Source: Corythoichthys intestinalis (taxonomy: Eukaryota). From it: DNA of 64,000 bases. A program made the position numbers and the translations under genes. Below are positions 13,779 through 25,697 of the stretch, one piece after another. The notes below the pieces were generated by a model. That model did not search any database, was not told the DNA's origin, and worked only from the letters and a program-made list of their open reading frames with translations. The stretch lies in assembly GCF_030265065.1 (NCBI RefSeq), contig NC_080410.1, positions 29,826,661-29,890,660 on the forward strand, given 5' to 3'. Position 1 is the first letter of the stretch, and each line of letters opens with the position of its first letter.

Positions 13779-14939
13779 CAGTGCTTCTCGATTATTTTCT
13801 GTTACGCCCCCCCCCCCCAAGGAAGACGTAAATGTTTCGCGGCCCCCCCAAACTCTCTGCGGCCACTTTAAATAGTATCATTTGTCTATAAAATTACTAT
13901 TATAAATACGCATCTGCCTAACATTGTGTCCTTTTTTCTAATAAAGAAAAAAAGTAACATAGATCAACTTATAATAAAGTATAACTTTATTAACATTGTT
14001 TTGTTTGTAACAGAGAAGACTTGACGCGCATCAATTTGCCTGAATTTCAAAAGTCACATCCAAACTGTAAAAAATACACTCAAGGTACATTTTTGACCAT
14101 TTGATACAGAAAAATAAAATGTAATAAAATCAGTAAATAATAAATTAAAATTGATTCGAAACATTCACTCATGGGGACAATATGCCAAAAAATTTGACGG
14201 AAAAAACAAAACAATAAAAGAAAAAAAGTGTCCTTGGACAGAAGGACAGTTTCTATTTTTGCTGCTCACAGTATTACCTCCTTTGCAATGGTGTGGAGTT
14301 ATTTGGCAATGAGCATGCTAACAATGCTCACTGGTTTACTGATAGAACACTGACAAAGCAGGACGATTGTTGGCAATATTCGGCACGTTTTCGCTGAAAA
14401 ACAATCAAGCGGCTTATCAATGAGATTGGGGTCTAATGTCTTTAAGTGGCGTCTTGATTTGGCTTCTGGCTGTCCGCTATAATTATTTTTAGACACAGTA
14501 AACAGTGGTCTTTCCTCATCACACGCTGTATTAAAAGTCAAAGCTAAAAGGCAAACGGCTCGAAAAAAGCGCATTCTCGGCGGCCGAGGTAGAACCGTAG
14601 GTGAGGGCGGTCGTCGTGACGATCCCAAGCCGAAAATGGCACTTCTCGGGCGGCGACGTGAGAACCGGACAAGACATTGGGTCGCTGCGCGAGTGAGTCC
14701 GGTCGGAAAACTGCGGCGGCACACTGCTCTTCATATCTGTTTTGTCTGAGCTGCGTGCTCTTCCTTAGTTCAAAAATACTGCGCGCACTCTGAAAATTAG
14801 AGCGCCACTGCCACCCACTGAGTGGATGTGCAAGTACACTTTCTTCCAGTACAGCTAAAAAAAAAAGCATGTTCCCGAGGTCACATGCGCCCCCCCCCCC
14901 CCCGGCATCGCTCTGCGCCCCACTATTTGAGAAGTACTG
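13779..14939. mobile_element. hAT-like non-autonomous element (left arm of an inverted pair flanking mvp exons 11-13)
   Basis: TIR CAGTGCTTCTCGATTATT...AAATAGTGGGGCGCAGAGCGATGCC / ...CCCCACTATTTGAGAAGTACTG. 8-bp TSD CAGTAGCC at 13771-13778 and 14940-14947. Internal ORFs 14299-14870 have no homology. Confidence 0.75.
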
Positions 14940-16313
14940 CAGTAGCCAAACAAATTTATGTCCATTATTTATCTAAAATATCCTAATGATTCAACAGGAA
15001 CGATGGAAACATGCCCATACAACAAAAAGCTGCCCTCAATCTGCTTATTTATTTATTTATTTTTACTGGAAAGTGCAAAAAAAAAAATTTAAAAGGGAGT
15101 ACTTATTTCTCTCAACAATACAATAACATTTACACAGGTGGAATGAATCGCACATTTCCTGGAAACAAAGTGTCTTCAGAAATAAGACTTCTTCAGTTTT
15201 CTGTACTATTTCGCATGTTTGTAGTGTAACCGCTGTACTTAATCATGGTTTTACACGTTTTGCATATGAAATACACGTTAGCAAATTAGCTTAGTGCTTG
15301 GCGCTAACTATTCACATCGCAAAAACAACAATAAGGGCTAAACAGTACAAGAGGGTTCGTGTACTGACCGCTTATAGATGCACACGGGGCTTAGCAACAC
15401 ACTCAGGACATTTTTCAATGGAAACTCCTTAAAACTACTGCTGGACATTTAAAAGACAAAGAGCAACGAACTCTCTCTCTTCCACTCTTGCTCTAAAAAA
15501 TAACTAGCCTGCCTGTCTCATACACAAATTTATTTTCCAGTCTTTTAAAAAGGAGTAAATCTCTCAGTAACCGGCAGCATCCATCATAACGTGTGTGTGC
15601 TCCCATTAACGGTGCCCGGGCGGCAGACGTGTCTTGAAATTCGTTCCGCTACGAGCGGCTGCCATAAAGTTATGAGGGAAAAAAATCATCATTTTTTAAC
15701 CTTTATGAATCGTAATAGAATCGTCACGTGTCGAATCGCAATGCATGTAATTTTTTGGAACTCCTTTATAATACATTTATTGTAATGCCATATTGGTAAC
15801 AGGTTTTGGTAAGGATGTCCCGATCACATTTTGTTGGCATGCATATTCAAGTCACCACCACTTCGGGAATGTATTGAGAGGAGAGGGAAAAAAGCGCACT
15901 CAATTTGCAAAAAAGCTATTCCAACATAACTGCCACAGTGGTTTTTTCCGTCAACAATGATTTCGTCTGACGAGACGGCAACAATATGAAAACGCGACAT
16001 TGTTTCTGTCATATGCAGTGTTTGAGTCGTGTCACTGATGTGATGTGCTGCGCCTCTCCCTCACTCTCCTCACCGGAGTTTAGGATGTATCTTAAGCAGT
16101 TTGGAAACACTAAGATTTGTTTTCTTATCTTAGCAAGGGATTATGCAATGTTGCTTTAGCCTTTAAAGGTCTGTGCCGAGTGATCATCAGACGCTAAATG
16201 TAACTCCTAGTGTTAGCATAGCATTCAAGTTAGCATTAGCCTCAGAATGGCAAGCGTCCTCTTAAAACACTGGTCACTGTAAAGCAGAGCCATTTGGCTC
16301 TTCTAGTCAGTAA

Positions 16314-16727
16314 GTCTAGAGCAGTGGTTCTTAACCTGGGTTCGGTGAACAGTGGCTTTTTAGACCAAGTTTTGGACTGATTGGCTCCCAATTTACAGGC
16401 TTAATTCATTTAACTGTTAGTCCTCGATCTAATGAAAGGAGGAACTGGTTTGCTCAGTGGAAGGTTTACTTGCATTTGGTATGAGGGAATACAACAGACC
16501 AATGGACTGCGTGGTCTCAAATTTTGACCGGTTTATAAAACATGCGGTCAAAATGAGAAGAATTTTCAACGGGTATTTACTAAATTATTAGCTTGCTAGC
16601 TTAGATATCAGTTTTGAATTTGAAATTTTTTATCTAATTAAAAAAATATTTAATTCCGAAGGGTTCGGTGAATGGGAAACGTGGGGGTTTGGTACCTTTA
16701 AAAAGGTTAAGAACCACTGGTCTAGAG
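16314..16727. mobile_element. MITE with ~35-bp terminal inverted repeats
   Basis: TIR tctagagcagtggttcttaacctgggttcggtgaac at 16314-16350 pairs with ggttcggtgaatggg...ggttaagaaccactggtctaga at about 16650-16727. Confidence 0.5.
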
Positions 16728-17276
16728 GACATTAAGCGCTCGGACAACTTTATTTTTTTTGTATTATCATCATAAAGTTACCATTGTCCTTATAGACTCT
16801 ACAATAGGTGCTCATCTGTCTATGTTCATTCAAAACTGTTTGAAACCTTTATTTTTGGACTAAAACTTTAATTTTACAGACGAAAACATTTTGAGTAACT
16901 CAACTAAAACTAGACGAAACTTGTATGAGATTTCGTCGACTAATAGTAGACGAAAACATTTTGAAATGACTAAAGTATGACCAAGACCAATAAGTATTTT
17001 TGTCCGAAAGACGAGACAAAAATTAAGAGTGCTGCCAAACACTGTAAAGCCAAATAAAAGGGTTTTTAGTAGCGGGGGGTTTATTATTATTATTATTGAT
17101 TTATTTATTTTTAAATCACAAACCCCCAATCACTGTTATTTGCAGCCAATGAGTTAATACTTAAACTTTTAGATTTTAATTTTTTTTACCGGTTTCCTAT
17201 CCTCTGAAAATGATGTGATTGGGGCATTTTGAGATTATACACTACCCATCTATTTTTAGTCCTGTCGGCAACTATA

Positions 17277-17465
17277 CCTGCAACTCAGGCCCGGCGCGCG
17301 CCATCTCGGCGAGCGTGTCGCTTCCCAGGCTTTCAACGAGTTTGCGGAATCGCTCGTTCTCGATGTCTGCAAGCCGTTCCTGCTTGTCAACATCCAGTTG
17401 GTCCATCTGCTTCTTGTAGTTGAGCTCCTGCTCGCGAGCCTTAGATAGACGCTCCAGCTCGGCCT
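17277..17465 (-). CDS. mvp: major vault protein exon (CDS exon 13; C-terminal coiled-coil/cap-helix region)
   Basis: Acceptor gcgcttgcag, then EAELERLSKAREQELNYKKQMDQLDVDKQERLADIENERFRKLVESLGSDTLAEMARAGPELQ, donor gtatag. The human counterpart is [64 protein letters not shown]. Confidence 0.8.
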
Positions 17466-17527
17466 CCTGCAAGCGCACACCGCCGTCAAGCAAATGTCGC
17501 CGGGCGACTTTGGCAACTGGTGACGTA

Positions 17528-17655
17528 CCGCCTCGATGCGCTGCGCCTCTACTTTCAGCTTGGCCTCGTGGACGGCCGCCTCGCCCCGGATGCGGGCCGC
17601 CTCGGCGCGGGACTGAGCTTCGGCCTTGGCGGCACCCGTGCTCTCCACGGCGGCG
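17528..17655 (-). CDS. mvp: major vault protein exon (CDS exon 12)
   Basis: Acceptor ccttgcag, then (S)[42 protein letters not shown], donor gtacgt. It matches human [42 protein letters not shown]. A 62-nt intron separates it from exon 13. Confidence 0.8.
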
Positions 17656-17712
17656 CTGCAAGGCAAAGCGGATAGGTATCGGGATGGAAAGCGGCCACGG
17701 CATGAGGCTTAC

Positions 17713-17829
17713 CTGAGGGCCTCCAGCTCCAGAAGCTCCTTCCTGGCTCGCTCCGCCTCCGCCTGGTCGGTGATCTTCTGGCGCTCCAGTTTGCCACGAG
17801 CTTCCTGCTCTAGACGCTCCGCTTCGTGT
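17713..17829 (-). CDS. mvp: major vault protein exon (CDS exon 11)
   Basis: Acceptor tctatag, then (R)[38 protein letters not shown](S), donor gtaagc. It matches human [39 protein letters not shown]. Confidence 0.8.
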
Positions 17830-18974
17830 CTATACGTAAAAACACAAGGCGCTTAGATTACAGTTTCAGACAGTGTCAGGAACGATGAGACATCCAATCA
17901 TATGGCTCTTTTAGTCCTTTTGCTGTGAATTTCATTACTAGTTGACATCCAATCCATTTGAAATGGCAGATAATTAGTTAACCCTTTCATGCACCATTTT
18001 CTTTTAAAGTGCCTGTGACACGAAAAAGCATGTTTATTTCATAATACACGCGGTATTTTATGCTCCTGAATGATATGGACCGCTTGGATGTGTGTGGAGG
18101 CGATCGCTATATTTAGTTTTTTGAATCCCGCGCCAGGAAAATGAGTGACTTCCGGCTTCGGTCTTGCATTGAGGAGGAGGGCGCTGTGACGTGTACGGTA
18201 GAAGACGTCCTCTTCACTATACAGCGTACTGTTGTGTATGGGGACGAATGATTCAGCTGATTTTGCGGATTAATACGTTTATTTTTCGCATCACGCCAGC
18301 CAAACGGCTGCAGAAAAATCATTCTGTATGAGGGAGAGGCGTATGCTCCTTTTTGGAGTTTCAATAGGTTCCCATTCACCGTGCATATTTACTGTGGGAC
18401 TATTGGACTTACGAGGAAGTGAGTAAACATCTTGTTTTGTATTATGTCAAATACGAATACAGCGATTACAAAGTAAACACTACAAACTTCCTTTAAATGA
18501 AGGACTACTTACGTTTGATCATTGATAGGCATGTAAAAAGCTGTCTTAATGGTCATTAGCAGCAGCCCGTTAGCTGCACAACAACTCCAGCCACCCTCCT
18601 CCGGGGAACGAACTGTAAATTGCTCTCCGCTGGGCGGTTTGCCGATCCGCGACGACAATAGACAATCGGATCGTCATGTCAAATAATCCAGGATAGTTAT
18701 GTGTGATTTTCCGCTTTGAAGACTTTTCAAACATCACTCTGTTCGGGTTAGCATGTCGGCTAGCTGTCACGCCTTCTGGTTTGTTTACATTCTCCGAAGC
18801 CGGGGAAGGGAAATGACATATGTCCGATTTAGGTGTCATAAAATATAGTTCGGGAGGTGCGACAGTAAAGGTGAAGTCGACAGTTTTGACCATTATGGAG
18901 TAATTTTGCCATGTCGTCCTGAATAAATGCATTTTTATTATTTCATATTCCATTCAGCACAAGACTGTTATTTG

Positions 18975-19470
18975 TCATGACCATGCCATTTATTTAGCAA
19001 TTGGGGAAAATACTTGGATAAAAAGAATATCCTGTAAAAATATTGAAGTAAAGAGACAGAAACAATGACATTTTGCCGCTCTCTTCGTCGCGTTTTCCTC
19101 ATTGTGAATAGTTCCCCCTCGACGGGGTGACTGGTCCTTCTCAAGCCATTTATATAGCTATTGGGGAAAAATACTTGGATAAAAAGAATATCTTGTAAAA
19201 ATATTGAAGTAAAGAGACAGAAACAATGACATTTTGCTGCTCTCTTCGTCGCGTTTTCCTCGTTCTGAATAGTTCTCCCTCGACTGGCTGACTGGTCCTT
19301 CTCAAGCAATTTATATTGCTATTGGGGAAAAATACTTGGATAAAAAGAATATCCTGTAAAAATAATGGAGTAGAGAGACTGAAACAATGACATTTGGCGG
19401 CTTTCTTCGTCGCGTTTTCCTCGTTCTGAATAATTCCCCCTCAATGGGCTGAATAGTAAAATCGATGAGA
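18975..19470. repeat. ~165-bp tandem repeat, 3 copies
   Basis: The unit ccatttatatagctattggggaaaaatacttggataaaaagaatatc...cgcgttttcctcgttctgaatag restarts at about 18975, 19141 and 19306. Confidence 0.7.
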
Positions 19471-20103
19471 CCAGTCTACCGCTGACGTCATCCACCTGTT
19501 GGGGACGCTAAAGCCCTATAATGGTAGGCGTGGCTAACTGGCAGATTAAAAGGCTAATTTCTCGTCATCTGTGCTTTGCTAAATTGTTGTATATAGTCGA
19601 ATCGTCTCAAAATATGATTCTAATTCACATAATAATGCCATTTAAGACTTTTTTTCTCGTGTAGTATGCTCTTTAAGGCACTCATGTAACTCATTGGCTG
19701 CCATTGAGGGCAGTAGACGTCCAATCCATTTTGACTGGGAATTTTGTATTCGCATTTAATGCTCTTCTGAATGTGCAAATTAGCAAGCCTTGGTTTTACA
19801 TCTCCTAAAATTGATTCTGTAACACATTAAATACTCCTAATCCGATTACCCAATTATTCGAACTAACTAGTTGATTAATCGACTACTAAAATAATCGATA
19901 GCAGCAGCCCTAAATTGTAGAGATGTCCCGATCGATCGGCATCCCGATCACGTCATTTTCAAAGTATCGGAATCGGCAAAAATATATCGGACATGCCTTT
20001 TTAAATATATATACTGTATATTTTTTAATTAAATCATTTTCTAATTGTATTTAACCTTACAGACATAATGTGTTTCACTCTTCCAGAGTCTTTAAGCTTA
20101 AGG

Positions 20104-21314
20104 CAGTACTTCTCAAATAGTGGGGCGCGCCCCCCCAGGGGGGTGCAGAGTGATGCCGGGGGGGCGCATGTGACCTCGGGGAACATGCTTTTTTTGTTGT
20201 TTTTTTTCCGTACTGGAATAAAGTGTAGTTGCACATCCACTCAGTAGGTGGCAGTGGCGCTCTCATTTTCAGAGTGCGCGCAGTATTTTTGAACTAAGGA
20301 AGAGCACTCAGCACACACAGACAACAGATATGAAGAGCAGTGTGCCACCGCCGTTTTCGAAAGCAGTTTTCCGACCGGACTCACTCACGCAGCGACCCAC
20401 TGTCTTGTCCGGTTCTCACGTCGCCGCTCGAGAAGTGCCATTTTCAGCTTGGGATCGTCACGACGATCGCCCTCACCTACGGTTCTATCTCGGCCGCCGA
20501 GAATGTGCTTTTTTCGTGCCGTTTGCCTTTTAGCTTTGACTTTTAATACAGTGGGTGATGATGAAAGACCACTGTTTACTGTGTCTAAAAAATAATTATA
20601 GCGGACAGCCAGAAGCCAAATCAATTAAGACGCCACTTAAAGACATTAGACCCCAATCTCATTGATAATCCGCTTGATTGTTTTTCAGTGAAAACGTGCC
20701 AAATATTGCCAACAATCGTCCTGCTTTGTCAGTGTTATATCAGTAAACCAGTGAGCATTGTGAGCATGCTCATTGCAAAATAACTCCACACCATTGCAAA
20801 GGAGGTAAATAATGTGAGCAGCAAAAATTAAAACTGTCCTATCCAAGGACACTCTTTTTTTTTTTCTTTTATTCAGTTTTGTTTTTTCGGTCAAAATTTT
20901 TGGCATATTCTCATGAGTGAATGTTTCTAATAAATTTTAATTTGTTATTATTTACTGATTTTATTACATTTTATTTTTCTGTATCAAATGGTCAAAAATG
21001 TACCTTGAGTGTATTTTTTACAGTTTGGATGACTTTTTTTTTTTTTTTAATTCAGGCAAATTGATGCACGTCAAGTCTTCTCTGTTACAAACAAAACAAT
21101 GTTAATAAAGTTATACTTTATTATAAGTTGATCTATGTTACTTTTTTTCTTTATTAGAAAAAAAACGGACACAATGTTAGGCAGATGCGTATTTATAATA
21201 GTAATTTTATAGACAAATGATACTATTTACAGTGGCGGCAGAGAGTTTGGGGGGGGCGCGAAATATTTACGTCTTCCTTGGGGGGGCGTGACAGAAAATA
21301 ATTGAGAAGCACTG
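20104..21314. mobile_element. hAT-like non-autonomous element, second copy in inverted orientation (right arm of the pair flanking mvp exons 11-13)
   Basis: Same family as 13779-14939 in reverse complement (mirror ORF 20340-20546 vs 14531-14734). TIR CAGTACTTCTCAAATAGTGGGG...TTGAGAAGCACTG. Independent 8-bp TSD GCTTAAGG at 20096-20103 and 21315-21322. Confidence 0.75.
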
Positions 21315-21599
21315 GCTTAAGGTAAGGTTATCAAATTTATCGCATTAACGGCGAGAATTTTTACATTTATCACGTTACAATATTTAACGCAATTAACGCA
21401 TGCGCTGCACAACCCACTCACGCATTGTCGCGTTCAATCTATAATGGCGCCGTTTTACCCATACAGTATATAGAGCTAAAAGGCAGCGTAAAATGAGTGA
21501 ATTTTGGCAGCCTTTGGAGCCTTTTTTTAAATGGCAAAAGCAGACATGTCCAAAGTCCGGCCCGGGGGCCAAATGCGGCCCGTGGTCAAATTTCATCCG

Positions 21600-22476
21600 G
21601 CCCCCAGCCTCTGTCATAAAAAGCGGCACCTTAAGGCTCGACTGAAGTTTGCTGCTGATCACATGGACAAAGATAAGACCTTCTGGAGGAAAGTTCTGTG
21701 GTCAGACGAAACAAAAATCGAGCTGTTTGGCCACAATGCCCAGCAATATGTTTGGAGGAGAAAAGGTGAGCCCTTTAACCCCAAGTACACCATGCCTACC
21801 GTCAAGCACGGTGGTGATAATATTATGCTGTGGGGCAGTTTTGCTGCCAATTGAACTGGTGCTTTACAGAGTAAACGGGATAATGAAGGAGGATTACCTT
21901 CAAATTCATCAAGATAACCGGACGTCATCAGCCCGAAGATTGGGTCTTGGGCGCAGTTGGGTGTTCCAACAGGACAATGACCCCAAACACACATCAAAAG
22001 TGGTAATGGAATTACTAAATCAGGCTAGAATTAAGGTTTTCGAATGACCTTCCCAAAGTCCTGACTTAAACCCCATTGAGAACTTGTGGACAATGCTGAA
22101 GAAACAAGTCCATGTCAGAAAGCCATCAAATTTAACTGAACTGCACCAATTCTGTCAAGAGGAGTGGTTAAAGATTCAACCAGAAGCTTGTGGATGGCTA
22201 CCAAAAGCGCCTAATTGCAGTGAAAATGGCCAAGGCACATGTTACCAAATATTAGCGCTGCTGTATGTATATTTTTGACCCAACAGATTTGATCATTTTT
22301 TTCTGTTCACCCATAATAAAGTCATAAAAGAACCAAACTTCATGAATGTTTTTTGTGACAAAGAAGTATCTGTTCCAATCAGAGAAAAATCAGAGTTGTA
22401 GAAATAACTGGAAACTCAAGAGAGCCATGACATTATGTTCTTCACAAGTGTATGTAAACTTTTGACCACAACTGTA
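21600..22476 (+). mobile_element. Sleeping-Beauty-like Tc1 element, 5'-truncated, with transposase pseudogene
   Basis: ORFs 21531-21854, 21649-22047 and 22084-22278 read LWSDETKIELFGHNAQQYVWRRKGE...TVKHGGDNIMLWG...QQDNDPKHTSK...[11 protein letters not shown]...HVTKY* across frameshifts. The 3' TIR gtatgtaaacttttgaccacaactgta ends at ~22476. Confidence 0.7.
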
Positions 22477-24538
22477 TGTACTGTATGGTGAATGTATATA
22501 TTTGTCTGAGTTTTTCATTTTTTTCTTAATGCATTGCCAAAATGCATATGATCGCGAAAAATTATCGAGCAATGATTGGAATTGAATCGGGAGCAAAAAA
22601 AAAACCAAAAAAAAAAAGCAATCGGATCAGGAAATATCGGGATCGGCAGATACTCAAACTAAAACGATCAGGAGCAAAAAAAAAAAAAAAACATGATCGG
22701 AACAATCCTACTAAATTGTACCCATCTGGACGCCACGAACTGTATGTAAAAAAAAAAAAGTTGCCCGAGAGTGCTAAATGCTAACGAGAATGCTACGCTA
22801 ATGCTCCGAGCCACTTAGCCAAGCATCTTCGTGTTTGCAACGGCGTCAACGCCCCCCCCCCCCTTTTCCAGGGCAGGCAGGGAGACGGATGTATGACAAA
22901 ATCAGGCAACTTGCACTTCATTCAACCACATTGTAGTAACGTGTTCCTTCACATCCTCACTAACGTTAACCACGGTCAAGTGGTCCAATAGAATTTTAAA
23001 ATATTTAAACACAGTGGTACCTCTCCTATTTTTTTCCAGAACGTTGCAAGTCGAAATGGTCGTATGTGTAGCAGGATTTTCCCATAAGAATACATTACAA
23101 TACCATTCATTCGTTCCACAGCCCGAAAACATTTATGAGTACCTTAATTTTGAAAAATATATGAGCTCACAAATAAAGTTGCACCGATACCGATACCAGT
23201 CTCGGCAGGGGGTGCCGATCCAGCCCGAATTGGTGGTATCGGTATCGACGAGTACCAACATTAGGGCGCCGATACCATCTACTGGCATCACTTGAGCACA
23301 AATGACCTGTCCTCCCCACGTAAACAAATGTCCCAAATCCTGATGTATGACACCTGCATGTGTTTGTCTCGAAATTATTAAATGACAACAATACATTCGC
23401 CTTTAATATTAAGGATGTTCACAACAACGCTAAACTATGATGATACGCTGCTTTTCTAACATGTCATCAACTAACGACTAGCATGCGTGAGGGTACGCCT
23501 GCTGTTTAAGAGCTAATGGGATCAGAAAGGTTAAGACCGTGAGAGACTAAGCAAACTCATGGTTTCATGATGAACAATGAGTGGCAAATTCTTCAAACTC
23601 GTCCTATTTATGAAAGTCGATTTTCATATGCTGGTGTTGTGCAGTAATGAGCAGAAGTGACTTATGTGGCCAGAATACACTCCAGTGGCGCAGCGCGCAC
23701 ACTAGATATCATCAAATAGCTACCTAGATGTCCTATGATAGATCCCATGCCAACTCTCGCGCGCGCACACACTAGATATAATCAAATAGCAACCTAGATG
23801 TGCTACATTAGACCTCATGCCATTAGCTGCGTGAGCCCAGAGCGAGTCCATATACTACATTGATGAATTAGAAACCGCCATGACTGAATGGAAGTTAAGC
23901 AGGCCAAATCAAGCCATACCAGTGACTATAGATAATGCTGCAAATACTGTTAATTCAGCACATGTTACAGATGGACTCGGACCACAAATAGGATGTTTTG
24001 CTTATATGGTAAATATAGCTGCTAAGAGAGCTGCAGCAATCAACAGTGTGCCCACTTTACAAACAGTAAAGATTGTTCTCAGCACTTATATACAAAATTT
24101 CTTCAGATCAGTAATAAGTAAGCACATAAATATTATGCACTAAAATGCTTGTTTGTATGATGGCAGTTATTTTTGCTTGTTAGCAAATAAAACAATAATA
24201 ATAATAATAACAGTTGTATTTTCTGTTTCAGAGCATTAAATGTATTGAATTGTATCGAAAATCGTACCGAACCGTGACTTAACTGTATCGTTGTATCCCT
24301 TATACGTATGTGTGTGTATATATATACATGTTTTTTTTTTTTTTTTTTTTTTGCAAACAGAGTGGTATCGGAATGGTATCGGTATCGGCCGATACTGCAC
24401 AGCCAGGTATCTGTATCGGTATCGGGCCCAAAAAAATGGTATCGGTGCAACACTACTCACAAATAAACTGTCGAAATATGCTGCCGTTTTTTAAACTGCG
24501 ACATTATATCCTACTCTCTCCACTTAATCTGAATAAAT

Positions 24539-25697
24539 TAGGGCTGTCAAAATTATCGCGTTAACGGGCGTTAATTTTTTAATTTATCACGTTAAAATAT
24601 TTGACGCAATTAACGCACTAGGCCTGCTCAGACAGATTTAAATGTCAGAACAGTGAAAGGCCAACTTGTTAATTGTGTGTTATGGAGTTTTTCCACCCTC
24701 TGCTGGCGCTTGGGTGTGACTTGCATATGTTATCTGGCGTAATGTCGCCCTCTGCTGGCGATTCAGTGCAGCTGATTATTTGGGTTTCGGCGCGCTTTTC
24801 TGACGTGATTATATGTCGACGCGAACTCACACTAATAGACAGTGCTATTCAGACCAGCTAACGTCCGCATCCAGTATTCAGTGGCAGTTCTCATAGCCCC
24901 ATCACACTGTTTGTGTCTAATACATGCATCGCTTGTGAGTTATATTCCTCCTTTGTTTATATTCATGAGCATTAGATAGTTATTGATGATGTGTATTTGA
25001 ATTTGTTCACATATATGGTGAAATGCAGTTACATTGTTAGATGCTTGTGAGCTAATTGGCTAGTGCTACTTCTCAAATGGACACGTGTGTGTACATTTTA
25101 TGTTATTTTGTGATTTATGCAAGTTATTGACACATTGCTTTGGTATTTTCAGTTTTACAAAAATACAAGAAACGTGCTCCTGTCAAAAAGAGGTGACTTC
25201 AGTAAAGCCCATGCAACTTTGCCACACCGTCTGATTTCTTTTTGGAACTTATGTTCGCTATCTGTCAATTTGTGTACGCACACACATTGAGGACAGAATA
25301 GGGCTACTAGTTTATTTTTTGATTGAAAATTTTACAAATTTTATTAAAACGAAAACATTAAGAGGTGTTTTAATATAACATTTCTATAACTTGTACTAAT
25401 ATTCATCTTTTAAGAACTACAAGTCTTTCTATCCATGGATCACTTTAACAGAATGTTAATAATGTTAATGCCATCTTGTTGATTTATTGTTATAATAAAC
25501 AAATACAGTCCTTATGTACCGTATGTTGAATGTATATATCCATCTTGTCTTATCTTTCCATTCCAACAATAATTTACAGAAAAATATGGCATATTTTATA
25601 GATGGTTTGAATTGCGATTAATTGCGATTAATTACGATTAATTAATTTCTAAGCTGTAATTAACTCGATTAAAAATTTTAATCGTTTCACAGCCCTA
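24539..25697 (+). mobile_element. hAT-superfamily non-autonomous element (TAGGGCTGTCAAA family)
   Basis: TIR TAGGGCTGTCAAAATTATCGCGTTAACG...CGATTAAAAATTTTAATCGTTTCACAGCCCTA. Perfect 8-bp TSD GAATAAAT at 24531-24538 and 25698-25705. Confidence 0.8.

Noticed and set aside
14299-14870. Long overlapping ORFs (141, 108 and 67 aa) on the minus strand with mirror-image ORFs at 20330-20546.
   Set aside because: They lie entirely inside the two inverted hAT-like element copies. They have no recognisable domain and low-complexity, proline/arginine/serine-rich composition. They are duplicated only because the element is duplicated. Treated as spurious.
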